Positions 11,906 to 24,717 of a stretch of 64,000 nucleotides of DNA are shown piece after piece. The notes under the pieces were generated by a model. The model did not search any database. It was not told the origin of the DNA and saw only the letters and a program-made list of their open reading frames with translations. The stretch spans positions 41,664,001 through 41,728,000 of the forward strand of contig NW_025964112.1 in the NCBI RefSeq assembly GCF_023055435.1, in the 5' to 3' direction. Origin of the DNA: Haliotis rufescens (lineage: Eukaryota). Position 1 is the first letter of the stretch; each line of letters begins with the position of its first letter. The position numbers were made by a program, and so were the translations under genes.

Positions 11906-12687
11906 TTTCCGATGCTTCTAAAGTGTAATATATTCATTGGAGGGTAGTAGGTTTGCAAGCCAGGACAGAAATATCCCATGTGTTGAAGACCTTCACATCT
12001 CTCATTACATCAATATGTCTATGTTTTGTTTGTTGTTTAACGCCACACTCAGCAATATTCCAGCTTTATGACGGCAGTCTGTAAACAACCGAGTCTGGAC
12101 CAGACAATCCAGTGATTGACATTCTGCGCATCAATCTACATAATTGGGAAAACCATGAGTCGCATCTTACGACAAGCATTGGTTGCTTCAGACCTATTCT
12201 AATCCAGATCTTCACGGGACGTCATTGTACAAGATGCTGTTTCCTTGACTTATAGTACACTAAAATTCATATGCTTTTTAAAGTAGTTGTTCACAAGGTG
12301 TGTAAACATTAAATGAAAATCCAACAAACAATTCTTAATGTTTCAAAATACCATGACAATCATCTATAAGTATTCAAGGAAAAGGAAGGGAAAAACTATG
12401 GAAATCGAGGCTCTTGTCAGAAAGGTAATAAGGTATTGTCAAGGGTATCAAGGGGGTCATGGCATCAGCTGGGACAAAGGTGTCAGGGGATGTTTTCCAG
12501 GACCAACGGACCTTTGATTAAGGGTTCTGTAGAAAAATAAGGAAGAGGAGCTACAATAAGGACCAACCCACTGCTGGCAAACTGAAATGAACCCTGACCA
12601 CTACATGGTGGATGAGATCTGTAAAGTGATGAGGCTAGGTGTGAGGGTGCAAGCACAGCATCACCACACTTGAGTATTGCCACCTAC

Positions 12688-12837
12688 CTTGCACAGGCCT
12701 AAAGGGTGTGTACATGGACCCCTGGCCTGGCCGCGCCTGCGGCTGAGACGTGTACTGGCTGCTTGGAGCAGGGCTGCTGTTTGGCATTGGGTTAAAGTTA
12801 ACTGACCCGATCTGCCTTTGCACGGAACTAAACTGGC
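12688..12837 (-). CDS. Lasp: 150-nt linker exon GQFSSVQRQIGSVNFNPMPNSSPAPSSQYTSQPQARPGQGSMYTPFRPVQ(G)
   Basis: TTTACAG acceptor, AAG|GTAGGT donor, phase 1-1. Paralogous to exon 14089 (RQIGS...P). Confidence 0.85.
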
Positions 12838-13849
12838 CTGTAAATGCAACGCACTGTGAGTAAGCAGAGTTACACGGTGCTGGAAAGTATTAACCTGTTA
12901 GCGGGAGCTTGGGAGAGTCTGTTAGGGGGAAGCTTTGGTTGGATGGATGCAGGGGCCATCCTTCTGACAGGCACTCATGTTTCTAAACCTGCTGGAATAT
13001 CCTTGTGAACATTTGACCATCATTGAACACAAATCTGGATCAACATTTACTGGAAAACTATTCAGAGATTCAGGTTTACTAACATCTTGATTCCTTCTTA
13101 ATATCTAAAAATCATGTTCTGAATAATCAGAGGACAAAGAAATACCATTTCTGGGTCATCATGCACAGTTTTGTTTCATTTTTCAGTGGCTTCGAAGATG
13201 TGAAAGTTACAAGACGGAACGAGCAACAGATGCATGCGATTTCAGTAACTAGCCTAGTCTTGGACCAGTAGAGCCAATAAAGATATAGTGGACTCCGTCT
13301 AAGTCCAAGGACCAAAACAGAGTTACTTTTTCGAAATGTTTTTTCAAAAATCTTCATCCTCTTCAAGAAGAGAGTGAGTGAGGTGGCAATATTCCACAGT
13401 TAGGGGCACATGTCCCTCACACTTTGAACCTTCGGTGGGCATCAAAACCAGTACTTTGGCATGACAAGCCAACACTTTAACCACCAGGCTATCAATACAC
13501 CTCTCCAACACAGCCACTTATCTCCACATCAACTGATTCTGTGACAATGGCTTGAACAGGGATGGTATATTAGTTATATACCCCGTCTTCAACTGGAAAG
13601 TTAGTCATGACAATGGGCTGAGTCTCTTCACTCTGCTGGACAGTAAACATTTCACTGGCATACATTTCAAATTTCAAAAAACATTTTATGAGGATCGATA
13701 GCTCACCCAACCTCTACACAAGGACTCCATTCATATGATCCTCCATGGTGCTTCTACAGCTCTAACATCGACACAATAACATAGAGCTACAACAACCATT
13801 GCAGTGCAAATAGTGCTTCAGTGACCAACCATTTCAGGGTTGATGCTGG

Positions 13850-14075
13850 CGACTTGCCCTTGTAGTCAGACAAGTCAGAAATCTTTTACACCAAGTCCAG
13901 ATGAAGCCATGGAGTAGCTCACCACGGACTTGCACTCGCAGTCAGACAAGTCAGAAATCTTTTACACCAAGTCCAGATGAAGCCATTGAGTAGCTCACCA
14001 CGGACTTGCCCTTGTAGTCAGATAAGTCAGAAATCTTTACCCAAAGTCCAGATGAAGATACCAGTTAGCTCACCA
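13850..14075. repeat. 76-bp tandem repeat x3
   Basis: AGTCAGA[C/T]AAGTCAGAAATC starts at 13864, 13940 and 14016. Confidence 0.92.
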
Positions 14076-14088
14076 TGTTATAGCTTAC

Positions 14089-14247
14089 CTGGGGGGCTGT
14101 AAGGTGTGGGTGCAAACATGGCGGGGGAGCGGGGCTGCTGGCTCGGCACCGACTGGTACCCGGTGGGTTGGGCCGCGAGTATCTGGTTAGGTATTGGGTC
14201 ATAATCTGCAATAGACCCAATCTGCCTCCTACTCTGGTGATTCTGCT
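14089..14247 (-). CDS. Lasp: 159-nt linker exon EQNHQSRRQIGSIADYDPIPNQILAAQPTGYQSVPSQQPRSPAMFAPTPYSPP(G)
   Basis: TTTGTTTACAG acceptor, CAG|GTAAGC donor, phase 1-1. GSIADYDP resembles the nebulin-family linker motif. Confidence 0.9.
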
Positions 14248-14838
14248 CTGTAAACAAACAAACAATTACCAAACCATATCACCCATAGTAATAGAATGAT
14301 TGTATGTAATAACCTTACGATATTTGCACATGTGCATTTTAATTATTCTCAATGCTGATTGGTCAATTGAAGCCATGACATCACAGTGCTTCTAGTTGAG
14401 AAAAATATATGATGTCATCATTGTTCATGACATCACAAACTGATTACATTTTTTCATCTGACCAACAGGCTGCCTTCAGTGAAGTTTCTCTGTAGGGTTG
14501 ACATTTCATACCCTTTTTCCTTCATTTTCTCTCATAATGTCAATGAGTAATATATATAATAGGAATTCTGGATTATCTGTCCTTCGTGAATAAAAGTGTA
14601 CGTCCATTGACAAAGGCTCGGGATTAACATTATTCATTCATTGTGGACTGATAATCCGCTCTTTGTTTTTCCCCTGATTATTCCCTGTTTGAGCCTGTTT
14701 TTAAAGTATATGCTGCTGTTAGGGACAGCACTGTGACAGCTACATCCACCTGACCTGTACATGCATCTATGCAAGTATGTAGATGCAAGTATGTATATGC
14801 AAGTATGTAGATGCAAGTATGTATATGCAAGTATGTAG

Positions 14839-15257
14839 GTGAGGTGAGGTGAAATGGGGTTAAACGTCGTGTCCAAGATTATTGCNNNNNNNNNNNNNNN
14901 NNNNNNNNNNNNNNNNNNNNNNNNNNNNNNNNNNNNNNNNNNNNNNNNNNNNNNNNNNNNNNNNNNNNNNNNNNNNNNNNNNNNNNNNNNNNNNNNNNNN
15001 NNNNNNNNNNNNNNNNNNNNNNNNNNNACTGATGCCGATTTATAGTGCTAGCCCACTGAGATACCATGCCGCAGTTTAACATGAATACCTCAGACTCCGA
15101 GCCGTCCAGTCCTTGCTTTAACCCCTTTATCCGGAGCGCCAGACAGGGTAACAACAAGTACCATATTTTAACGTCTTTTGGTATGACGCGTCCGGGGATC
15201 AAACCCCGGACCTTACGATCTCCGGGCGGACGCTCTACCACTAGACCACGGAGGCGG
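14839..15257 (-). mobile_element. SINE family C inserted into a 14-bp minisatellite and containing an N gap. Older or partial copies at about 38770-38880, 42850-43060 and 47094-47415
   Basis: Near-identical to the 52645 copy; flanked by TGCAAGTATGTAG on both sides. Confidence 0.88.
14886..15027. other. Assembly gap (142 N) inside SINE C
   Basis: Run of N. The matching segment of the intact copy (52688-52747) is 60 bp and contains a (TG)n tract. Confidence 0.99.
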
Positions 15258-18200
15258 TGCAAGTATGTAGATGCAAGTATGTAGATGCAAGTATGTAGAT
15301 GCAAGTATGTATATGCAAGTATGTATATGCAAGTATGTATCTGCAAGTATGTACATGCAAGTATGTATCTGCAAGTATGTATATGCAAGTATGTATATGC
15401 AAGTATGTACATGCAAGTATGTACATGCAAGTATGTATCTGCAAGTATGTACATGCAAGTATGTATATGCAAGTGTGTACCATACAGAGATTATTACCTT
15501 CATGTGTTTCCGTATGATATATATCATATATTAGAATACAAATTGTATTAAGCGAACTATTGGTGAGCATAAGACACATTATTTATTCCTGATATTTGAT
15601 ATTTATGACACAGAAACTCACAAGGGTAATAATTTCTTTATCATATATTGCTATTCTTCCAATAATTCATGTTTAAGCAGCAATGTCACTCGAAGTAACT
15701 TTAGAAACTGTTTATGAATAAAGTGTTTGAGTGAAATGACCCCACTTATCATATATAGTATCAAATGTCATGCAGCCATACACATCAGGAAACCCTATCA
15801 AAACTTATTGGGCATGTTATTCAATAATTTATTGAGAAAGCAGATATTGCATGGGAGCTAAAACAGTAGTTCTTGACCTCATTTGCATATTTATCTATCA
15901 TGCCTCCCAGTATATTTGACTGGTATATTGCATCGATGATACAATCCATTATTGGTCGCATTACGTGCCATTAAAAACATTTATATGACCACTGTTTTTT
16001 TCCATCATACATATAAAATCAGATGTTCTGCTTTTCACCGAGTCAATCATAATCATGGATAGACACAATGGGTCATATCCATCTATATGTAGTCCACAGC
16101 TCGTTTCAGACTAGTGGTTTAGTAAATTGATTAGATGAGGGATATAACAACTAGCCTGCCAAGATTGTTACTAGTCTCGGACAAAGTCAACCCTGTACCA
16201 GCAATAGCGATCAGCTGCACCGAAGTGCAACGCTTAGAGTTATTATTATTTTAAATATATTTAGTAAAAGCTGCAACTAATTTAGCATGATATTGGAATA
16301 TATTATTCCTGATAAAAAAATAGTTTCAGATACAATTTGTCCTGATCCTTGCATCAAAATCTTTTAAAGTTATATCATTGGGTAAGTTTTAACCAAATTA
16401 GCGTTCGATTCCAAGAAAAACGTGTGTACAGCTGATTGCTTTTTCCGGCTTTGTTTACGAGAAAATACACAAGGGAATCTTAATCTCTGCATGTAAAACA
16501 ATGCCAAGCATTTTTTTCTGTGAATAATTTTTTTTTTTAATTTCTCCAAAATACTGTATCTGCTAGAGGGGTTGCGGACCATACTCAAGAAAATATGGTA
16601 ACTTGTATTTAGCTGTGATTAGCAAACACAAAGTGTGGAGAAAGGAAACAACCTTCTGTGAAGGATGTCCTGTGACAAAACAATGATGAACTGTCTATAT
16701 GTTAATGTTAAATGTCATGAAGTCATGTGATGATATGAAATTACTGATCATAATAAATAAAAAAACAAACAACTTAAAATCCAAGTTAAACACAAAATGA
16801 AACTTAAATCAGAGGCCATATGAGATGACCTAAACCAAATCTTGGATCATGACTTGAATTGTCAAATTATTTCTTTAACAAATATTACATCCACAACAAA
16901 CACAAATGATAAACAAAAGCATGCAACATTACAAAAGCTCAACACAAATAAAATATATTAAATAAAAGACAGTCATACGCACAAAAGGTTGTTCTTATTC
17001 ATCAATAAATGATGATTTACTATGGACTGAAGGCCATTCACTGAGTGAGTGAGTGAGTGAGTGAGTGAGTGATATTCATGATCATATTCACATTATATAC
17101 ATAAAACATAAACAATCTTATCAGGGTGAGCTAGATTATATACTACTTAAAAAATGTTAAGGAACACCCAATTCTATCATATTACTATAGCTAATCTGTC
17201 ATGCCAAGACAGATTTACTATACTAATATGAAAGTCAGGTGTTCATTTACTTCTTTATAGTAGTATATTATTGCTTTAATTTTGTTGTAATGTTTCAGTA
17301 TATAATTGAATTATCATTATGAAATAGTTGGTGAGTGAGTGAGTGAGTTGAAATGAAATGAAATACAAGGACTAAAATATCGACCAAGGTGAAAACAATG
17401 GTGACATTCAATACGTGTTTCTATTATTATCAGTTGACATGAGCAATGTCATAACAAACTTATGTAATGTGCTAGTTAGGCCACAACAAACTCTACTCTA
17501 CTCTACCCAGTGAAATGAGAACTGACTGGACATTATCTTTCATTTTAGAAGACCTCAATTGATTAATTTTGGAATAAACTGACTAATACATTTTTGAAAG
17601 TGAGTGAATGTTGTTTCATGCTAAAAGTCTGCAAATACATGTAATTAAATCAGTCAGTGCGTGAGTATGGTTTGAAGCCGTTTTTAGCAATATCACGTCA
17701 ATATCACGGCAAGGGACATCGGGAATTAGTCTACAAGGAAAAGTCACTGGTCCTCCCTCACCCAAGAAAATCAGACTGATGTTAATTTGAAACCATGTGG
17801 TACGAGCGACATATTCAGTACTTTTGGCTACATTCACCAGTTATATATTTTTTTGTCTCAATGTCAGAAAAAACGTACCACTCAGTTCTAGCATGAGTGC
17901 TTTACAAAGTCCTGAGTTTTCTATACAGCCGGAACTTATTCAGTAGAAGCAACTGATTTGTTGTGGCCCAAGTAGTGATATTAATAACGTTCATGTTTGA
18001 TGTTATACCCTGTTAAGACAAACTAAAGTTTGTATCCAAATGTTACAGTTGATGAGTGAGTGTTACAAATATGTCCATATCTCCATGTTACGGTTTATAT
18101 CAAACTCAACATGTTATACAGTGTTATAGCATATTTTAACAAGTTAATATCAAACATGTTATTATCTTCTGTATTGACCAACTCTGACACACCATGTAAC

Positions 18201-20031
18201 AGGCATCCTTGATTACCCTGATTTTCATATCTCCATTGTATTATGTAACATCCCTGGACCCATCTTCCATAGCTTCATTTGTGGCCTTCGAAACATGTGA
18301 AAGTTGCTGCCCAATCATTTGTTTGTTTGTTGTCTATATAGAGAATCTCACCCGCAAGCCTCAGAGTTTTTCCACTTTTATCAACTTGTGTTGATATATT
18401 AGATGTCAAAAGACATGAGGGTGAGATTTATTTATCATCAAACATCAATCTTAAATCGAAATATACGCGAGAAAAAAATCTGTGATTTGTAAAAGCGATA
18501 TCTACAATGTAGATCTTGCTTGATCTCACCCAAGCTAAATCTCCTGTGGGAACCTGTTTGGGATGATAAATAACACTCAGCAATATTTCAGCTATATTTC
18601 AGCAATATAACAGAGGTCTGTAAATAATCCAGACTGGGTCAGACAATAGTGATTGATATTGTGAGTGATCTTCGCAGTCAGGTTACAAACACACACTATC
18701 AACCACACAAGCCACTTAGTCACTTCGTGTGACCAGCATAGGTAGCTGGGACTAGCTTAGACTAACATCTAGTCTCTGAAATGAACTATCTTACATAAAA
18801 AACAAGTTGTTAAGTTATAGTTATAAAATATAATAAAAAGAGCACAGAGGCTTTCTTCATTTTCAGAATATTGCAGTAATCTAAACTTGCCAAATGACTT
18901 GCATGGGCTGGATATATTTGTTTCAGGGTCTGTATGACAGATTAGGGATTAGTTCTAACCTAGGATAAAACCACATGGTCCATCCCATGCAATCAAATAA
19001 AACTCATGACTGAGAGAATTTCTGTGAAAGGTTCCTTTGTTTAATGCCGCACTCAGCAATATTCCAGCTATATAACGGCGGTCTGTAAATAATCGAATGT
19101 GGACCAGACAATCCAGTGATTGACATCATGAGCATTGAGATTATCATCACTGAGATTATCATCACTGAGATTATGATCACTTCCTAAAAGAAGACGTGGT
19201 ATCGACTTGTTCCAGGGTTCATAACAGAATGGAGATATAATACACTGGATGATCGTGGATGTGTTTCGGAAATGTTAAGTGTTGATATCCCTCGACAGAA
19301 GGCCCTGGAAACTGCAGGAGCAAATTGTTCAGCGATAGGAAAGATATAAGCTTTGCACAAAGTAGTCTTTCTGTTACTTACTCTCATCATCAAATACCTC
19401 AGCTTCTTCTACAAATGAAGGGTAATTTTAATATCACAGTCAAAATTAGGATTCAGCTTTTTATCATCCTTAATTTTCATTTAACATGCAACACAAGAAT
19501 ATCTGCACTGTTCAGACATCAAACACGAAGAATGCCAGAGTAAAATAAGGAAATAACAAAACATGATGAATGTTGCTGAATGTCTGAAAAAGTAGACAAA
19601 TGAGATGCATGTGAACAACAATAAAAGAAATGTCTACAAGTATATCTAAAAATTGCAAAAATACCATCAATATCTTGGAATCCTTTTGACCAAGCTTACG
19701 TCAACTTAGTCAAACAAAAACATATGCAAGATATTCCATTTTGGACTTTTAAATATCTTTCTATGAAAACATCTAATTCTGCTTCAGGTAACATTACTTT
19801 AAAAAAAAACTTACCATCTATTTTTTATAAGGTCAAATAATGATATTTACATCTCTGAGTAGTTATCCAAAGTATTGAGCATTATTATCAATTTTCTTGC
19901 CCAAACATTTCAAGGCAAAACACAGAACAAAATCTAAAAATAATATGAAATATTTGTATCAAGAGGTGGCCGAGTAATATGTAACCAATTGTTTTTTTCC
20001 TTCCAAACCTAATTGGACGATTTAATGAATA

Positions 20032-20206
20032 CAGTAAAGTACGTTTATAACGAACACGCTTATAACAAACTGACGGATATAACCAACTGATTTTTTGGTC
20101 CCGACTTTTTGCTATAGTTATGCTGTATATATGCTTTTAACAAACTACGGTTATAACAAACTAAAGTTAGTGGTCCCTTCGAGTTTGTTATAACAGTAGT
20201 TTACTG
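20032..20206. mobile_element. MITE-1 with CAGTAAA...TTTACTG terminal inverted repeats (pogo/Tigger-like, Tc1/mariner superfamily)
   Basis: Imperfect TIRs, TA on the left flank, second copy at 60096-60259. Confidence 0.8.
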
Positions 20207-21354
20207 TGATTTAGAGTAAGCTACTTCAACTACTCCTGGACATCCCTAAAGAACCCAACTTTTAAGTTTATTTATATACTACTCAAAAGAAGTAAAAGAA
20301 TGCCAGATTCTTTGATATTACCATAGTCAATCTGTCATGGCATGACAGAATAGCTACAGTGGCATGAAAGAATCAGTGTTCTTTAACGTCTTTGAGTAGT
20401 ATATATTCAGCACCTTGTGGTCTGTACTGACTTAAGGACCATGTCCAAAATACCTGTGTAGTTGATAAGTATACACAATACACGACTGTCGTGTCTGGCA
20501 AGACAGTCTGCACACAATATTAGTGGACAACAACAACAACACAGCAGACAGATATCATCTGTAACAACTGGTTCCAAGAGTCATGCAGCACCAAGTTGTG
20601 GATGCCATTAATAGTGGTAAGTTACAAATTCACATCATAAAATGAAATCTAAATCATTTCCTACGAAAACCAATCTTTCAGGTACTTCCACATGTTGAGT
20701 TAATTGAAGTGTTATCTAAGTATAACTCCATACTGAACATGCACACATAGCTAAATTAACTAGGTAACCACACATAGCATTAGAAAATACTTTCATTTGA
20801 TGCATTAGAAAATACTTTCATTTGATGTAAGGGAAAACAAATCTAACATATAACAAAAAAACACAAACCTTTCAATCAATATTTAGAGTCACCTCTTTAA
20901 AAACACAATTCTACTTTACTAACTTTCTGCAATCCATACTCTAAACATTTTCAACAAAAACAATGTCTTACTTATTCCTAACCTTTAGAGGATATTATCG
21001 GGTTTAGATAATGGATCAAGCAAGAAGATAACTTCCTTAAGTAATACTTCAGAATGAACACATACCCTAAAACCCTCCATATCCACTGCTTACATAATTT
21101 TGATCATGTATTTGATAAAATCTACAATCATACTAAAATTTGTTTCTAGTCCAGTTGTAATAAGACAATCAAGACCTAAGATTTTGAAAAACATTTTTCC
21201 TATTGTCAAAAAACATTTATGACCTATAAATTTACAAATGGTTCCATAATTACATTAACAAGATCTCAGAAATAAGATTCATGAAGATGGGATAAACTTC
21301 CACTACTGTTGTTGAGACTACTGTTGTTGTGACTGTTGTTATTGTTGTTCTTAC

Positions 21355-21465
21355 CTTCTCCTTTAGAGTTGTAGACATGGGTGGGTTGGTTTTGTGGGGG
21401 AGTAGCCACGGCGGTGGGCACATAGTCAGTTATGCTACCTGGGTTCTTGTGACCACGCCTGCGAG
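21355..21465 (-). CDS. Lasp: 111-nt linker exon ARRRGHKNPGSITDYVPTAVATPPQNQPTHVYNSKGE(G)
   Basis: CCTCAACAG acceptor, AAG|GTAAGA donor, phase 1-1, NPGSITDY motif. Confidence 0.88.
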
Positions 21466-21536
21466 CTGTTGAGGGTACATGCAAAACACAAACAAGCATA
21501 GCAGAACCCAAACTAAACATTGTAGCAAAATGGTAG

Positions 21537-23085
21537 ATGATAGGATCAGAAGTGATGGTACTCCACCCAATGGGAGGGGATATAGGATCAGTAGTGATGG
21601 TCCTCCACCCAATGGGAGGGGATAGGATCAGTAGTGTTGGTACTCCACCCAATGGTAGGGGATATAGGATCAGAAGTGATGGTGCTCCACCCAATGGGAG
21701 GGGATATAGGATCAGTAGTGATGGTGCTCCACCCAATGGGAGGGAACATAGGATCAGTAGTGATGGTGCTACACCCAATGGGAGGGGATATAGGGTCAGT
21801 AGTGATGGTAAACCTCCCAATGGTAGGGGATATAGGATCAGTAGTGATGGTACACCACCCAATGGGAGGGGATATAGAATCAGTAGTGATGGTACACCAC
21901 CCAATGGTAGGGGATATAGGATCAGTAGTGATGGTACTCCACCCAATGGGAGGAAATATAGGATCAGTAGTGATGGTGCTACACCCAATGGAAGGGGATA
22001 TAGGATCGGAAGTGATAGTAAACCACCCAATAGTAGATGATAGGATCAGTAGTGATGGTACTCCACCCAATGGTAGGGGATATAGGATCAGTAGTGATGG
22101 TAAACCTCCCAATGGAAGGGGATATAGGATCGGAAGTGATAGTAAACCACCCAATAGTAGATGATAGGATCAGTAGTGATGGTACACCACCCACTGGGAG
22201 GGGATATAGGATCAGTAGTGATGGTAAACCACCCAATGGTAGATGATAGGATCAGTAGTGATGGTGCTACACCCAATGGGAGGGGATATAGGATCAGTAG
22301 TGATGGTACACCACCCAATTGGAGGGGATATAGGATCAGTAGTGATGGTAAACCACCCAAAGGTAGATTATAGGATCAGTAGTGATGGTACTCCACCCAA
22401 TGATAGGGAATATAGGATCAGTAGTGATGGTGCTCCACCCACTTGGGGGAATATAGGATCAGTAGTGATGGTGCTCCACCCAATGGTAGGGGATATAGGA
22501 TCAGTAGTGAAGGTACTCCACCCCATGGTAGGGGATATAGGATCAGTAGTGATGGTACTCCACCCAATGGGAGGGAATATAGGATCAGTAGTGATGGTGC
22601 TCCACCCAATGGTAGGGGATATAGGATCAGTAGTGATGGTACACGACCCAATGGGAGGGGATGTAGGATCAGTAGTGATGGTACTCTACCCAATGGTAGG
22701 GGATATAGGATCAGTAGTGATGGTACTCTACCCAATGGTAGGGGATATAGGATCAGTAGTGATGGTGCTCCACCCAATGGGAGGGGATATAGGATCAGTA
22801 GTGATGGTACACCACCCAATGGAAGGGGATATAGGAACAGTAGTGATAGTAAACCACCCAATGGTAGATGATAGGATCAGTAGTGATGGTGCTACACCCA
22901 ATGGTAGGGGATATAGGATCAGTAGTGATAGTAAACCACCCAATTGGAGGGGATATAGGATCAGTAGTGATGGTAAACCACCCAATGGTAGATGATAGGA
23001 TCAGTAGTGATGGTACACCACCCAATGGTAGGGGATATAGGATCAGTAGTGATGGTACTCCTCCCAATGGTATGGCATATAGGAT
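21537..23085. repeat. 42-bp minisatellite with 40-bp variants, about 37 copies
   Basis: Unit GATATAGGATCAGTAGTGATGGTRCWCCACCCAATGGKAGGG. Confidence 0.96.
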
Positions 23086-23950
23086 AAGACTCCAAAAAGG
23101 GCATTGAAGATTTAAGATCAGTAGGGATAGAACAACCTAATGATACAGAATATCGAGTCAGCACCAATCATATTGCACCATCAGTGGGCAGATTGTGGGT
23201 CTTAGTCACAACTAACACAAGACATCAAATAATGTTATCTTAAAAGTGTTAAAACTTCACAATCCAAACGCATTCCTTAAGTAACAGGCACAGTTACTGA
23301 AGCAACGTTTAAAGATAGAGAAGAAGATATTTAAATAACATCATCAAAAGAACATTTCAAAGATGGCTTGACCAGGTTAGTATGAGAGATTAGACAGTTT
23401 CACACAGAGCCACGACTGACAAATGTTAATTGCACTCATATCATTGTTATGTAAGGAACATGTTCTGATTCGATCAGTGTTTATTTATAGGAAAAGACAA
23501 AAGTGTTGAAATTTATAACATGTTCCAGTGTCGGTCAAAGGAAACATAACATACTGTTTCAAATTTTGACTTCTCTGCAACATTAATCATTTATTTTCAC
23601 ATCCTTCATAAACTCTACACTGACCCAGGGTATTCTGTCGGAGATCAGAGGAGGGGGTATGAGATGACAAGAATTAAACAGCAACTTAAAATGGCAGTAT
23701 TTAAGCTGATGCAGCAATAACAGCATAGTGTATGACATGTAACACCATGGACCGATGAGGCGGATACAGTGAACTCCACAACAGTGTGCCTTGTTCAGCA
23801 TCATATAAGGACTGGGGATAATGGATCAGTACTGATCATACTGACCATCTTTACAAGACACTTTTAAGCAATGTACCAGGTAGCCCTTGCTATTTAGTCT
23901 ATGTTGCTGGCATAAGTCGACACTTTTCACAAAAGACAAATGTCATGATA

Positions 23951-24041
23951 GTGAGTGAGTTTGGTTTTACACCGCTTTTAGCAATATTCCAGCAATATCA
24001 GGGCAGGGGACACCAGAAATGGGCTTCACACATTGTACCCG
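23951..24041 (-). mobile_element. 5'-truncated SINE A
   Basis: 3' half only; 13-bp TSD AAATGTCATGATA. Confidence 0.88.
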
Positions 24042-24533
24042 AAATGTCATGATAATTAAGACATTTGTACCTGACTGGAGTTCACTGTTTGAGATTTTGA
24101 AGATGAACGTGAATTGGGTTCAGAAAGGAAACTGAGGACACAGAACTAAATAAATGATGAGCTGCTTGAAAATGCTACTGGCTGAGACTTTAACTGACCT
24201 GTAGGCCAGGAGATTGACCAGATCTTCAAGAGGGGCTGTGGATGAGTTAATTGTGTTTAATGCTGCTTTAACAACATTTCAGTAATATCAAACTTCAACA
24301 TAATGTTGGAGAAAAAAGTAATGTAGGTCTCAGAGATCACCCTTAATCAAACCCTCAAGCACGAGTATGGTGCAGACAAACCAAAAATTATTACCAGGGC
24401 GATTGAGGGATTCAAACCACTAAACTCATAAGCATGGGGAACAGAGAACCTACTTTTCCTAATTATCCCCCAAAATGTCAAGGAATGAAAACAGAACCTC
24501 CAACCAGTTTCAGAGTTTTCTGTTTGAGTTTAC

Positions 24534-24717
24534 CTGCAAAGTTATCCGTCTCCTCGTTAGGTCGATTCTGTTCCATCCTTGCCTTCTCCTGGAGTGTGTT
24601 GTGGTAGGCCACATTACTCACAACCTGCATGTTTTTCTTGAGGCGCTGGGTTTCTGGGTCGTCAGCCACAGACATTTTTTTGCCTTTTTCTTTTTCAAAG
24701 TTTTCATGGTACTTAAT
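24534..24717 (-). CDS. Lasp: 184-nt exon, last canonical Lasp nebulin repeat: IKYHENFEKEKGKKMSVADDPETQRLKKNMQVVSNVAYHNTLQEKARMEQNRPNEETDNF(A)
   Basis: CCTACTTTTCAG acceptor, CAG|GTAAAC donor, phase 0-1. KYHExFEK...DDPET...SNVAYH is typical of invertebrate Lasp. Confidence 0.95.

Larger units (their letters stand above)
14766..15476. repeat. 14-bp minisatellite (GCAAGTATGTANAT) split by SINE C
   Basis: Arrays at about 14766-14838 and 15258-15476. Confidence 0.93.

Noticed and set aside
19184-19311. Possible alternative terminal exon after a CCTGCAG acceptor
   Set aside because: No motif, homology or compositional support.
21537-23107. Long ORFs on both strands in the 42-bp array (similarly at 11124-11894, 15213-15579, 32586-34617 and 43514-44035)
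   Set aside because: They are by-products of stop-free units with length divisible by 3. In the 42-bp and 57-bp arrays, 40- and 58-bp variants break the frames, and none has supporting splice sites.
24071-24145. Possible 75-nt or 61-nt exon with a CAG|GTACAA donor
   Set aside because: Both acceptors give stop codons when entered in phase 1, which the upstream exon requires.
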